A stretch of 64,000 nt of DNA from Podarcis filfolensis (Eukaryota). The position numbers were made by a program, and so were the translations under genes. This document shows, in pieces, positions 11,698 to 24,290 of the stretch (positions are counted from its first letter, which is position 1; each line of letters begins with the position of its first letter). The DNA lies in NCBI GenBank assembly GCA_964270895.1, contig OZ185443.1; one strand, 5' to 3'. Under the pieces are notes generated by a model that saw only the letters and a program-made list of their open reading frames with translations, was not told the DNA's origin and did not search any database.

Positions 11698-13500
11698 TGT
11701 ATGAATTTTTTTAATAGAAAAAAACTCTTAAAAGTGTATTTTGTACTTATTTAAATGCATATTTTATCCAACGTATATATTTAAAATGCGTGTTTCTCCA
11801 AAAACACATATTCAAGATGTGTATGTCTGAGTTATATCATTCAAAGAAGTCTGAGAACCAGCAAATTGCTACGTTTTGCTCTGCTGATTAGTTCAAGACA
11901 TTGGATGTCAACCAGTGCACCGAGGCACCTTGGAGACTCTTAAGGAACATTCAGGGGAGCCCTGAGGGGCTGTCCTTTCATTAACTTGCAGCCCATATCT
12001 TCCTCCATTATCTCTCTCTCTCCTTATCTCCAAGGAACATTCAGGGGAACCAGCGGGGGCAGAATGGGATGGGGCAGGAGCAGAATGGGGGAATCCCCAC
12101 TTACACGTGTTCAGTAACAGAACCCCATCTGATTGGTCAAGGGAGCCATGGACTCAAAAAGCCTGAAAACCACTGGTCAAAGAGGTACAGATCAGGCCAG
12201 TAGCTTTGCAGTACTGGGCATGGCAGAGGAGAAAATCTGCCATGCACCACACCAAACCACCTGCACCTTACGTCTCACCTCTCCCTCTCAGTGAGTGCCA
12301 GCAAACCATTGTGTTGAGAACCAGGAGAGCAATGGAGCCCCATGCACGCCACCTCAAAGGCCACCACTGGATCAGGACATTTCATACAGCAGCTTGCAAA
12401 AACTGAATTCCTCAAACATCCCTAATTTGAACTTCATTGGTTGCTCCCTCTCAGCAAAGTTTAGCACATGAAATATCCTGGTGGGTCCCTTCATAAATAC
12501 CCACTTCCTGACTCTTCTCTCACAACCAACCTTCTCAGAGGTGGATCCTCCAGCCATTTAATGATTGTTTCACAGAGGAGATAGTACTGAGGTGGGTGAT
12601 TTATTCCTTTCTCACTCCCCGCAGTATCACTTTTCTAATACTGCGTATCTCTGCATTTCTAAAAAAGAAAAGAAATGAAATGAAAGATGTTCATTTATTC
12701 ACATTTGCCTGATTATTAACAGCCTGTCAATCTATTTTTTATTACCCAACCCTATTTTGTGCATGCTTTTCATTTTAATGGGATGTTATCTATTTAGGTG
12801 CTGTAGAGTATTTTTCCACATCCTCATTGTTAGCAGGACTCAAGAACATTTCATTTTATCATTTAATTGCTTAAAAAGTGCATCCATCATTCATCATCTC
12901 AGTATGCGTTTTCCTTTAATAAAATGTGATTACATATATTCTTTTAAAAGAGAGAGAGAGAGTGTATACAAACAATATATTCCCAGAGGCTTGTATTTTA
13001 CTTGCACATAATTATTGATAAGAATAGCGTAACATGTCCTTTTGATGAAATGGGTTTTAAAAGAAAAGGGTGTGCTTATTCATTCATTAGTAATGATAGA
13101 AACTGCCAGGAGCCTCTACTTCACATACCTGCGTGTGTAAATAATGAACAGCCTCAAGGCTAAACAGCTACTACAAAATGTCTTCCACTCTGCAAAGTGG
13201 CAGTTTCTTTATGCTAATGACTCAAAACACTCCCTACGTGTTCTTTTATTTCTTCATTGCAGAAGAAAAATAAACCCTAAGTTTACTGTAGTTGGTGGGG
13301 GAGGAACAAAACAAACAAGTGTGTCTGCAAAAAACCAAAAACAAAAAAAACACCACAACACAAAAATTTGGCAAGTTTGCAGAAGACATGGCCCCATCTT
13401 CTGATAGCTGTCAGATATGCCTGCAAAACTTGGGGTGTCTTCACAAACTCAGGGGATGCGCTATCATTGACAAAGGTGAAAAGCACCATGAAGACCTTTA

Positions 13501-13856
13501 AGGTAAAGGTAAAGGGACCCCTGACCATTAGGTCCAGTCGTGGCCGACTCTGGGGTTGCGATGCTCATCTCGCTTTATTGGCCGAGGGAGCCAGCGTACA
13601 GCTTCCGGGTCATGTGGCCAGCATGACTAAGTTGCTTCTGGCGAACCAGAACAGCGCATGGAAACGCCGTTTACCTTCCCGCCAGAGTGGTACCTATTTA
13701 TCTACTTGCACTTTTGACGTGCTTTCGAACTGCTAGGTTAGCAGGAGCAGGGACCGAGCAATGGGAGCTTACCCCGTTGCGGGGATAGGAACCACCGACC
13801 TTCTGATCGGCAAGTCCTAGGCTCTGTGGTTTAACCCACAGTGCCACCCATGTCCC
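13501..13856 (-). mobile_element. Full-length Sauria SINE
   Basis: Reverse complement of 2694-3053 with few differences. TSD AAGGTCTTC(A/T)T in element orientation (13488-13498 and 13857-13867). Confidence 0.95.
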
Positions 13857-13928
13857 AAGAAGACCTTACATGTGCCTAAAAGGGCTCTTTGGATTTGTAG
13901 AACATCTTTGGATTAAAATGGAGTCCTT

Positions 13929-14120
13929 TAAGAACACAAGAATGGAGTAAAAGCCTGCTGGATCTAGGGTCCATCTAGTCCAGCATACTGTTCTCATAGT
14001 GGCCAACCAGACGCCTGTGTAAAATCCACATGCAGGACTTGAGTACAAGTACATTCCCCACCCCATGGTTTCCAGCAACTGGTATTCAGAGGTGTTACTA
14101 CCTCCCAACTATGGAGGCAC
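13929..14120 (-). mobile_element. 3' UTR fragment of an older CR1-clade LINE family (GTTCTTAT-type tail)
   Basis: taagaacacaagaa..aagcctgctggatc..ccatctagtccagcatactgttctcatagtggccaaccaga..tttccagcaactggtattcagagg. Related to 21650-21818 and 37146-37275. Confidence 0.7.
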
Positions 14121-15631
14121 ACAGCCAACATGGCTTAACAATGGCACACATTGCTACATAACACGACATACAAAACTCACTTTATTAGTCACTTCTTAAT
14201 CACAGCCATATTTTCATATGATCTTGATAGCAATGGCGATGGTGATCATACCACCCATCATTGCTTTCTTTAAATTTCTGCCATCATTCTGTAGCATTAG
14301 CACAAAGCCAACTTGGAGTAAAGGTAGGGAACTATGCTTCCTATCCTCACTCTGGTGTCCTATGGGTAGGAAGTATTATGGGGAAATTTCACCCAACACC
14401 AGTAAGTAGCACATAATGGGAGCTAACATTTGACTCCAATTACACCCTTCCCCAAATCACTAAAATAGCCTCCACAAGAGCTTTTGAACAGGGTGGTAAA
14501 GTTTGGGAGGGAGATTTTGGCTCGGCTCTATTTCTGTAACTACACTGTTCTGTTAAGGGCTGCTTCTGAAAAGACATTTTATATTTGGTAAAGATCCCTG
14601 TATCCAAAATACATTTCACCACATCAACTAAAAAGGAAGAATACATCTTTCACATGAGTGCTTCCTCTTTAAAACACATGCAAATAACAAGCAGGTGATC
14701 ACTTGACCCCAGTGTATGCAATCTTATTTTGAAAAGAAAGCCAATATATAAATAACTGCCTACAAAGAGTAGAAGTTTAAAATGATAAATTGCTGTTTTG
14801 GACATTATGTAGAATGTGGTGATAGCTACCTTTATTTTACAGGTTGAAGCAGGGTTTTGGGAAAGTTCATCTATATCAAAACCTCATTGGATATAGTAAG
14901 CTAGCCTATCATGGAGAAGGTTCTGCTAAATCTCTCTCTCTTTCTCGTATGCTTGATAGAATGGCAAAACACATTTAATTTTCTCTCTTGACCTGACCCA
15001 GAATTTGTGCCATTTCTCTTGAGATTATTATTATTCTATTTTCGATTACCTTCTGATCGGTTGGAGGCATGGGAAAGTTTTTAGTTGGAAACACAATAGC
15101 TCTTACTGATTCGGCCATTGCACCATTTCCCTGTAGGCCAGTTTGTCAATTTGATTCTAGATATTCATCAGTGACTCTTTCTTATGGGTTCAGCTAAAGC
15201 AGTTGGGATGCAACACAGAGCAATTCCAACAAGTGGATAAGCAAGAAAAAGAGTAAAAGGGAGAGCAATGGTGGCTGCTGTTTATTGAAATAGTCTTCTA
15301 CAGTCTGATTGCCGTTTATGTGATACATCATATGATGTCTTCCGCATACATCGTAAAATGAAGAATGTTAAAAGAGAATAGTTGTAAATGAAGACACATT
15401 TTATCTGAGGGTACTTTGAAATGGAAGCCCTGCCATCACACATACCCCAACAAACTCCATGAAACTGCAGTCTTAAATATTGATTTGGTATTCACTGTCA
15501 TTGTAAAAAGCAATTTTGTTTTCCCTGAATGAAATAAACGCAGCTTTAAACACTGGCATACCCTTTTAGCGAGGAATTTTACAGCTCTCTGTTTATACGC
15601 TTGAAATTAAAACCACCAGAATTGGGGGTTG

Positions 15632-15766
15632 NNNNNNNNNNNNNNNNNNNNNNNNNNNNNNNNNNNNNNNNNNNNNNNNNNNNNNNNNNNNNNNNNNNNN
15701 NNNNNNNNNNNNNNNNNNNNNNNNNNNNNNNNNNNNNNNNNNNNNNNNNNNNNNNNNNNNNNNNNN
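15632..15766. other. Assembly gap (135 N)
   Basis: N-run. Confidence 1.
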
Positions 15767-18064
15767 TTCTGAGGGAAAATGCCTTTACCCCTCTGTTTCA
15801 TACTTTTTTGCTTAAGGTCTTGCATAAATAGACTCCCTGCTCCCCATGCACACATATTTCTGCTAGGCAATCCTAGTGCAAATCAGTGTTTTTCTTTTCT
15901 TTTCTTGGTACAATTTTGCAAATAATCAGTTGCTTGATTTTTCTGAAATAAAGCAATCCAAACACAAGACTTGCTAGGATGAGAGAGTTTGTATTAGGCA
16001 GATCTTGGACTTTCCCAGCTGAACAGGAGCTCTGTGGGTCTACATTGGAGTAAGTCCTTCATTCCGGCTGAGCGGAGATAGGCCAGCATAATTCTCTCAC
16101 TCCAGCTCAGCTGGAGCTCAGCCAGCAGAACTTAAATCAGCATAGACAACTTCCATTGACATAAGTCCCCCAAAAGAAGTATTCCTGATGTGTGGTAGTG
16201 GAATGGTCAGGACAATGAGTGTCTTACTCCTGTTCTAAATCCCTTTCAGCTTGGTCACATGACCTATGATCCAGCAGAATTTAGCTGGCAAAACATCGCC
16301 ACCCGACCCCACCCCCACCCACCATGGCCCCCTCCACCTCTTCCTCCCTTTTCTTCCTAATGTAACACTAATGCCTCAACAAATGAAAGTGATCTGTAGA
16401 AAATGTAACTTGAAAAAAGAGACATTGCACATACTTTTGTAATCCAAGAAATCTTTAATAAAAAATACATTAAAAAAACATAGTACAAGGGAAAGGCCTT
16501 GGCAAAGCTTAGATGGTTTTCCTTTGGTGTCCATTATAAGCACAAAATGGCCGCCTGCCTCATTCACACAAGCATCTATCTCTGTGGATTGGCCCAAGTC
16601 TTATTTTAGAACTTTCTGAAGAGTGTTTCCCAAAGGCATTCATTTTTATTCTGAGTTTAATAAGATAGTACACTTCAGAACATCAGATCCCAAGTGCAAC
16701 CTCTAAAATCTCCAGTTAAGAGGAGGACTAGGTAGCATGCCACATTCTGCCAGAGTTTTTTTGAGAGTTGCGCTTTGTCAGAGAACACAATACAAGTCCA
16801 GAGAGACAAGTAGTATGATCTGGTACAATTTTGTATTCCCTGAATACAAAAGCATTTGGTTTGGGACAGTGGGGGCACATGCCATAGGTCAGTGGTGGAG
16901 AACAAACATTGCATTCAGAAAGTTCCAAATTTAATGGGTGCCAGTCACAAAAAGGCTTCCATGGGGAGGTGGTGCATAACACAAAGTGTCTGTAACATAA
17001 AAAACTTCAGAAAGAAAGATGCAACAAAAAGAATTCCTGGAATCTTGCACTCCTCAGAGTTTGGGGTTGTGTGCAACAATATTATAAAAATCACATTTGT
17101 TGGTTGCAAATGCAGGGACTGATAACACAATGCAGAAATTGAACTGTGATTATGCTAAGACAAAAGAATAATCATACATGAAGCATTAGCGTTTTAAAAA
17201 AGGGAAAAGAAAGAAAATATATATTAATAGGGCAAATTGCCATTACCATAAGCACTGTCAAGGCAAGGCTTTGGTCATATATGATGTTATTATTTCCTTC
17301 ACTCCCTGATCGACATCTAACATTGCCCTTTAATCATGCAGTATTAAATCCATGTTATTTCCTGCCATGTTACAACAAAATGATAATAGAATATCATAAC
17401 TCAGAAATCAAATTGCACACTAATACACCAATCTTGTCATTAAAATGCAGTTTAACTTTAAAAGAAGACCATTAGTCATATTTACCATTAAACCACATAT
17501 CACGAAAAGCAATATTATATGATGAGTCCCATATTATTTAACTTTCGTGACCTGCTATGGCAATGTATTTAATAACAAAATAATTCAAGCAGCCACGTAG
17601 ATTACTTGGGGGAAGAAAGGAAAATTAGTGCTAGGAAGTTTTCCAAATGTGATACATATATATGAGAGAAAGAAAGAGTTGCTTGCCATAAATCAACACT
17701 TCAGAATTTCATCTTCTGAAGCTTTAATGTTCTTTGAATCTCTGAAACACTGAGATCAAATGGCACAGCCATGTATCATAAGAAGTGGAACACTTCAGCT
17801 TCTCCAGCAACGCAACGCTTGCTTCATTTTCTTTATAGAAAAATACATATAGTCTCCTAAGAGGTTTAAAGTGCTTGGGCTCGAATAAATAAAAACATAA
17901 TGCATAAATTTAAAGACAAAACTATTAGTCTTTCCATTTACCATTAAAAGCCTGGTATGTCTCCATAAGCCCACATTTAGGGTTTCGTCTGAGCTGCAGA
18001 AATAGATTATTTTCCCAGCTATATACCATAATGGGTCATAATGTGTTTCTACAATAGAATGCCA

Positions 18065-18260
18065 CAGGGGTGCCAACTTGAATAAAATATTGAGGGGGCC
18101 CAGGTAAGCCCCGCCCCTGCTCTGCATAATCGATTACATGATCCAGTGTATCCGCACTATTTGAATGACAATGCCCATCAACTTTGGAGGGGCCGAGCCC
18201 CCTCAAATATTTTATTGTGGGGGCCGAAGCCTCCTTGGCCCCTAGGAGTTGGCTCCTATG
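18065..18260. mobile_element. Non-autonomous hAT-type DNA transposon (MITE), ~196 bp
   Basis: Termini CAGGGGTGCCAACT / AGTTGGCTCCTATG (imperfect TIR); 8-bp flanks GAATGCCA / GAAAGTCA (6/8 match, decayed TSD). Confidence 0.75.
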
Positions 18261-18379
18261 GAAAGTCACCATCTTATCTAACAATGAGGGAGAAATTCAG
18301 TTGGATTTCAATATGAGCCTACCTGTTACACACTTTCTGAAACAGTATGCAAACTGAAATATAGCCATACTTGAAAATA

Positions 18380-18620
18380 CAGTCAAACCTCAGTTCCCAA
18401 ATGGCTCTGTTTTGGAACATTTCAGCTCCCGAATGCTAAAAACCCAGACGTAAATGCTCCAGTTTTCGAACGTTTTTAGGAAGCTGAACCTCCGACATGG
18501 CTTCCTCATGAGTGCAGGAAGCTCTTGCAACCACTTGGTAGCTGTGCCTTGGTTGTCAAACGTTTCAGAAGCTGAATGGGCTTCTGGAACAGATTACGTT
18601 CAACAACCGAGGTTTGACTG
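18380..18620. mobile_element. Tc1/mariner (Tigger/pogo-like) MITE, 241 bp
   Basis: TIR CAGTCAAACCTCAGTT / AACCGAGGTTTGACTG, flanked on both sides by TA (18378-18379, 18621-18622). Confidence 0.88.
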
Positions 18621-19974
18621 TATGCAATTCACTTCTGCACATGTCATTTTATATCATCAGCATTTCATTAGGTTTTTGATGATGTCATGAAGACCCCAAG
18701 AAGGACTTTGCTTTAAATGCAATAAGACTGTTTCAAGGGACACAGAAAGAGGCTCAACTGTCTGACTACTCTTCCTGAAGCTTGAGGGATTAGACATTTT
18801 TCTCCCATTGCCAGGCAGAGCCTGGTAAAGAAGAGCATACAAGTCCCTGAAAAACTACTGAATAATGAATTCACTAATTAATTGATTGAGATTGGTTGAC
18901 AGTCCCACTTCTAACTGCTAATTCTTGACTGTAGTCCTTTAGCTTCCCACCCACCATTAGAAATTCAGTACTATTAGGAGTAGCAGGAGGAGCAGCAACA
19001 TTTAAGTCATAATCATCATATGATACATTATACATCAACACTGATTCAGCTTCTCTCATACTTAGAACAACGGTGCCATGCAATACAGAAAGATATTGGT
19101 AAATACAAGGTCATAGTATTAGTATATAATGCTCAAACTGGCTTGGGACGCAAATTCAAAGTGCTGGTAGTGTACCAAGATAACAATAGCAAAACAAAAC
19201 TATTGCCATGTTTCTGTCCTTTACCACATGAAGGCCATTGCTGGAGAAAATCCATGGGTTGTAGTCAACTAAGTCCTACTCAGAGTAGAGCTCTAGAAAT
19301 TAATTAGCCAAGTCAATTAACTTCAGTGGGTCTGCTTTAGGTAGGACTAGTATCAAAGACCACCTTGTACATTTACTCAGCACTTTCCTGTCTGTTTAGA
19401 TGAAGCTTTGGAAAATAAATGGGATGATTTGATGTATATATACCAGATTAGTTATTGGTATGACATTTAGGACAAATTCATCTCCTGAACGGAAAAGGCA
19501 TCTTTCATGCAAATAAATTGCTTTGTTACGAAATATTGCCTGTTTAAAATTTAATTGTTCCTATAAAAAGATAAAGTAATATCTGAAGTCCCAGCTCTAG
19601 AAAATATTTCATTTTTAGATAGGGTGATGGGGGAGGGGGAATCAGGAGATAGGTTGTAAATACTCAATGATTTTGCTGTTCGTACATTGCCAAAATATGT
19701 TCTATAATGGCTTTTGCATGCTTTTATTCAAACACACTTTATCCATTGTCTATGTCCGCCTTTCCTAACATAGCGCCCTGCTTAGACTACAACTCCCATC
19801 AGCCCCAGTCAGCAGGTTGGGTTTGCAGGCATCATGTTGCAAAAGCTTGTTTACGTGGTGGCACTGTCACACAGTGATATAGTTTGGACTCAAATATTGC
19901 TCACAGTCCCAAAGTATATTCTCACTAATATAGTTTTCCTTCAAAAGATTCTGTGTAACAAGTGAGCCAGTTTG

Positions 19975-20024
19975 AGAGCCAGTGTGGTGTAGTGCTGAGT
20001 GTTGGATTAGGATCTGGGAGACCA
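19975..20024 (+). mobile_element. Isolated 5' head of a CORE/MIR-type (Squam3-like) SINE
   Basis: gagagccagtgtggtgtagtgctgagtgttggattaggatctgggagacca matches the head of the SINE at 37826-38094 (reverse complement). Confidence 0.6.
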
Positions 20025-20025
20025 C

Positions 20026-20117
20026 CTGCTGGTGATAGTTGTATGGAGTCTGCTGGTGATAGTTGTATGGTGATAGTTGTATGGAGTCTGCTGGTGATAG
20101 TTGTATGGAGTCTGCTG
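20026..20117. repeat. 24-bp minisatellite (CTGCTGGTGATAGTTGTATGGAGT), ~4 copies, one internally deleted
   Basis: Units directly visible; the second unit lacks the 9 bp agtctgctg junction. Confidence 0.95.
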
Positions 20118-21289
20118 ATTTTTAGAACACTGTGTCACATTGGCCCAGTAGAAAGCAGTAGCCTCCATTTTGTATCAGATGAAGCCAGTCTGCCATGAGG
20201 CAACACTTAGGTCCTGTTTACTGGAGCTTAGAAGCAGCTTTGTCTTTTTACGTTGACTGGATTCGCCATCATTAGCATTATTCCATTGCTCTCTTGTTTG
20301 ATATTGTGACCAAATGGCCTATATTACTTCCCATACATGAGTCCATCTAGTTTGCTGGCCATTTGCTGTAGAACAGACATGTGGTGGGCACAGAAAAATA
20401 AAAAGACAGCCATCCAGCCAACACCAGCCAGCAGATCACACATCTCGACAGCCAGGCTTCTGTTGTGACCTGCTTCACACACACAGCCAGAGTGAGGGCC
20501 CGAGTCCAGGCTCCTGGCTTTGTCACTACTACCAGAGCCCATACGGCTTAGTGAAGTCCTTCAGTGCACCTTCCCTGCATCCACTAGCCCTCAGCTACAT
20601 ATGCACATAAAGGGTGTCCATATGAACTCCATCATGCATTCAATGAATGTTCACTGGTCATGCCTCTCCCAGTCCAACACATCTGTTTCCCATGCCCTCT
20701 TTGAGTAGCCACACATCAGGCATTAGTAAGAAAGGGCACCACAAAAAGACTGTTGTACATTTATAGATCTGCACCTATTGACTTCAACAGGCTTACTGTC
20801 AAGCTCGTGTGTCTAAGATTGCAGCCATAAGGATTTCTGTAATTTGGTTTAATATTTCCAGAATAAGACTAACCAATGGCTTGCTCCTCACCACATTTTA
20901 ATTAATTGCATGTGCTGAAATATATACGTTGCATGCCTTGTGCTCATAATTATATTACCTATTCTCACTTTATCATTTCTTCCCATAAAAGAACTATGAA
21001 AATACAGGTCCTGTTTAGAGCTCGTAACATAATCTTGTTTAAATCAATGAATAGAAAGAGCACAGAAAATTACCTACAATATTTCTTTTCAGATATATGG
21101 CTGCTACCTTTGAGGCTTTAATTAAAATCTCTAGCCTTGCCCCCTTTATAGTGGGTGTACAAAATGATATTACTGTCAGACATTCTTTTAAAAACTATAA
21201 ACTATGCTAGATTCTCTTCTCTCGTCTATTCCCCATCCATAGTCCCTGTAAAGTTTAAAGTGCATGCTCTTTGCATGGTGCTACTATTC

Positions 21290-21396
21290 CAGCCTTCTCC
21301 TCAATCAAGTGCCCTCCAGATGTTTTGGATGACAACTTCCATAAGCCCCAGACAATAACAGTCCATAACATTTGGAGGGCACCAGGTTGGGAAAGG
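21290..21396. mobile_element. Short palindromic MITE-like repeat
   Basis: gtgccctccagatgttttgga ... tccataacatttggagggcac inverted pair; terminal cagccttctcc / gggaaagg. Confidence 0.65.
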
Positions 21397-21649
21397 TTAG
21401 AACAGCATCTCAAACCAGCATCCCAAACATACTGATGTCAAAATGTCCTATTGCACTCAAGGGGGGTGGCCCTTAAAATGATGTTGGAGCATTATATGAA
21501 AAAATAAACTCCTAATATGGGGGTTCCTGGTGACAATGGTCACCCATCTGAAATCTATTGTAGAAGTTTCTAGAACCTAATGGGGGCCATGTCACAATCC
21601 ATCGCTACTACCCAGTAATTAATGGCTAGGTTCTACCTCCACTGTCAAA

Positions 21650-21818
21650 GCCAGTATTCCTCCAAATACCAGTTGCTGAGAACTGCAAGTGGAGAGAATG
21701 CTGTTGCACTCAGATCCTTCTTGCAGGCTTCCCTTAAACATCTGGTTAGCCACTATGAGAACAAAATGCTGGACCAGATGAGTCTTTGACCTGATCCAGC
21801 ACAATCCATATGTCCTTG
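21650..21818 (+). mobile_element. Older CR1-clade LINE 3' UTR fragment
   Basis: aataccagttgctgagaact..catctggttagccactatgagaacaaaatgctggaccagatg..cctgatccagca; reverse complement of the 13929-14120 family. Confidence 0.7.
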
Positions 21819-24149
21819 AATTTTTAATGTAGGCCAGAGAGGAAAGGGAAGTCAGAGGGGATTGTTTTATCTGGATTTTCCAATCCCAGTGCATTCATGA
21901 ATCCCCTTTAAAGGTGCCTAGCACAATAAATGTTAAACTTTTTTTGTTTGTCTACACTTTGGCATTTTTCTTACCTAGTTGCACCTTTCTCATATCTGCT
22001 ATTTCCAGATCAACTTCTCGCCTAACATAAGGAGACACTAAGTGATTCCTTTTGTACCCACACCTAAATTGTAAAGGCTGTCTTTGCAAGAAAACCAGTG
22101 CAACTATGCTTCTGAACTTTTTCAGCATTCAAAAAAACCTGCAGTTAGGTGTGAGAAAGTATAAAATGAATACCTAAGGCACAAACCTTTTCATCGAGTT
22201 GGAAAAGCTTGTTGAAACAGAAATGCCTTGTTGTTTGTGTGAAGTACAGATAGTTGGTGCCTATATATTTCAGTGAAAGCAGTAGGGGGATTAAATAGCC
22301 TTTTAAAAAATTCCTAATAGTAAAGGGGGATGAGTGAAGTCTTATTCTTTCTCCAGTGGACTTGGCCTCAGACCTTGAGCCAAATCATTGTGTCAGTCAC
22401 AGACAGGCAGTTTTTTATTTTTGTTTTTACAAAGCACCAAACTGGGTCAGAACCGATTTGTGTGGTGGTGCATACCCCTACAAAAGACAACTGAACAACT
22501 GAAATAACTGAGCCATAGGTTTGCTTCTATGCCTGAAGTATCTAATATGCCTCATAAAATCCCACACACTTTGTAAAGGTTAGTTGGGAAACCCTGTAGG
22601 ATTACTTTGTCATCTCATTTCAGTTTAACTACATTGATTGTATGTGATAAGACAAGATAAGCTACCACCTACAGAACATGCCTCGGGAAATGATGCTTGT
22701 TAAATATAGGGAAAAGTAAAGAGAGCATCATCTGGGGATTTACCATAATGGGCAAATTATCTATATTGTAAGTATTGTTCTTAAGTGAATATATTGCCCA
22801 AATAGAGGGCAGTGAAAAAGGAGATTTCAAGTAAGTTGAACAAACTCTAACTGTATGAGCCACTCATAGCTGATCATTCGGCAGTTTCATATTTCTGGAA
22901 AAGGTTCCACACATGGCAATCACTGTCTTGCCCAAGGCTGTGTGCAGGAAATTTTATGAGCAGACACTACGCCTGATGAGGAGCAGGTGTTCAAATTTTT
23001 ATTGAACAGCATGGGATCCAGAAAATAGCAAATAACAAAGAGCCAAAGGACGCTTTTAAAAGTATGCATGGCTAGAGAACCCTCAACAAAAACTCTGCTG
23101 AAACTAAGTGTTTCCACTGTTTGCCACTAAATCCAAAATGGTTCATGTTTACAAGATAAAACAATGTGAACAGTAGTGTAGAAATACAAAGCTAGGCATG
23201 CACTCTGAGTCCCAACTAGGCAAAGCCACTTCTCTGCCCAATAATTTGGTTACTCTTGGTGAGTGTAGACTCAGGATGGAGAACCTTTGGTCCTCCAGAT
23301 GTTGCTGGATTCCAGCTCCTAACATGTCACAGCTGATGAAACCCTTTACAATTAAGAGCATGCTAATGTTCAACAAGATCTGGAGGGCCACACCTATGGT
23401 GTAGACAATGCTGAACTAGATGAACTAACAAAATGATTCAGTACACCAAAACCATTTGCCAAGATGTTCCTTTTATTCAAGCATATCAAGCCAAGCAAGA
23501 TAATACTCACTGCTTAAATAGTGCTTTTCCTTGTAACTGAAGGCCACCACTTGTCTGTGAGAGCTTCAGATTATTCTCCCATAATGGAAATGATTCTGGC
23601 TGAATGCAAGAAACATTTCAGAGTGCAAAGTTAGCACTACAAGGATATGAGAGGCCCATTGGGCATGTCACACTCTGGGTGTTGTGAATGGAGCCATAAC
23701 ATCCTGCATGTTACAATCTCGAGTGGAAGCAAAGGAGAAGGTATCCCCAGGGAGCTGGGAAATTCCTGTTCCTGAGATGCTGCTAAAGCACATCAGTCCT
23801 CAGCAGAGTCTGGAGGACTTCACAAATGCCATAATTCTACAAAGGAAAAGTAATCTACAGAGTAATCTATGGGGTGGGATATGCGGGGACAAACCACAAA
23901 AGCAAGCTGGATGGGAACAGAAAGTCTCAAATAAGGTCCCTAGATTGCAGCAGAGGTTATTATTTGTGTTTGCCATGGCACCAAGAACAAAACAGAATCC
24001 TCTACACTACTCCCTTTTTTCTTAATTCATACTGAAGTTGATTTGTGGGGGTGGGAATTAACCTAAATGCAATATTTCATAGGAATTAACAGGATAGATA
24101 CAAGATAGATATGGGATGGTGGATAACCTTGTGTGTACACCCCAAACCA

Positions 24150-24290
24150 GTACAGAATCATACAATCATAGAATTGTAAATTTGGAAGGACCCAAAGGGT
24201 CATGTAATCCAACACCCTGCAGGGCAAGAATCTCAGCTACAGAATCCTGATGGATGGCCATTCAACCTCTGTTAAAAAACTTCTAATGAA
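24150..24290 (-). mobile_element. CR1 LINE 3' terminal fragment
   Basis: agaatcatacaatcatagaattgtaaatttggaaggacccaaagggtcat..tccaacaccctgca..ggatggccattcaacctctgtt; reverse complement of the 8800-8928 type end. Confidence 0.8.

Noticed and set aside
11910-12177. Possible hAT MITE (CAGTG..CACTG) containing a duplicated 17-mer AAGGAACATTCAGGGGA
   Set aside because: The left TIR is not complementary beyond 5-6 bp and no 8-bp TSD is found; left uncalled.
12530-12660. Very strong minus-strand acceptor (tttcatttcatttcttttcttttttAG)
   Set aside because: All three frames stop within about 20 codons and the peptides are unrecognisable; cannot be called an exon without RNA data.
14180-14291. Minus-strand segment bounded by ctacAG and GTGAGT, with in-frame TGA codons (possible selenoprotein exon)
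   Set aside because: All frames contain stops including TAA, there is no Sec-motif context and no SECIS seen; at most a non-coding exon.
20026-20117. Regular repeats considered as a CRISPR-like array (also 63920-63971)
   Set aside because: Head-to-tail units without unique spacers, no cas genes, vertebrate context.
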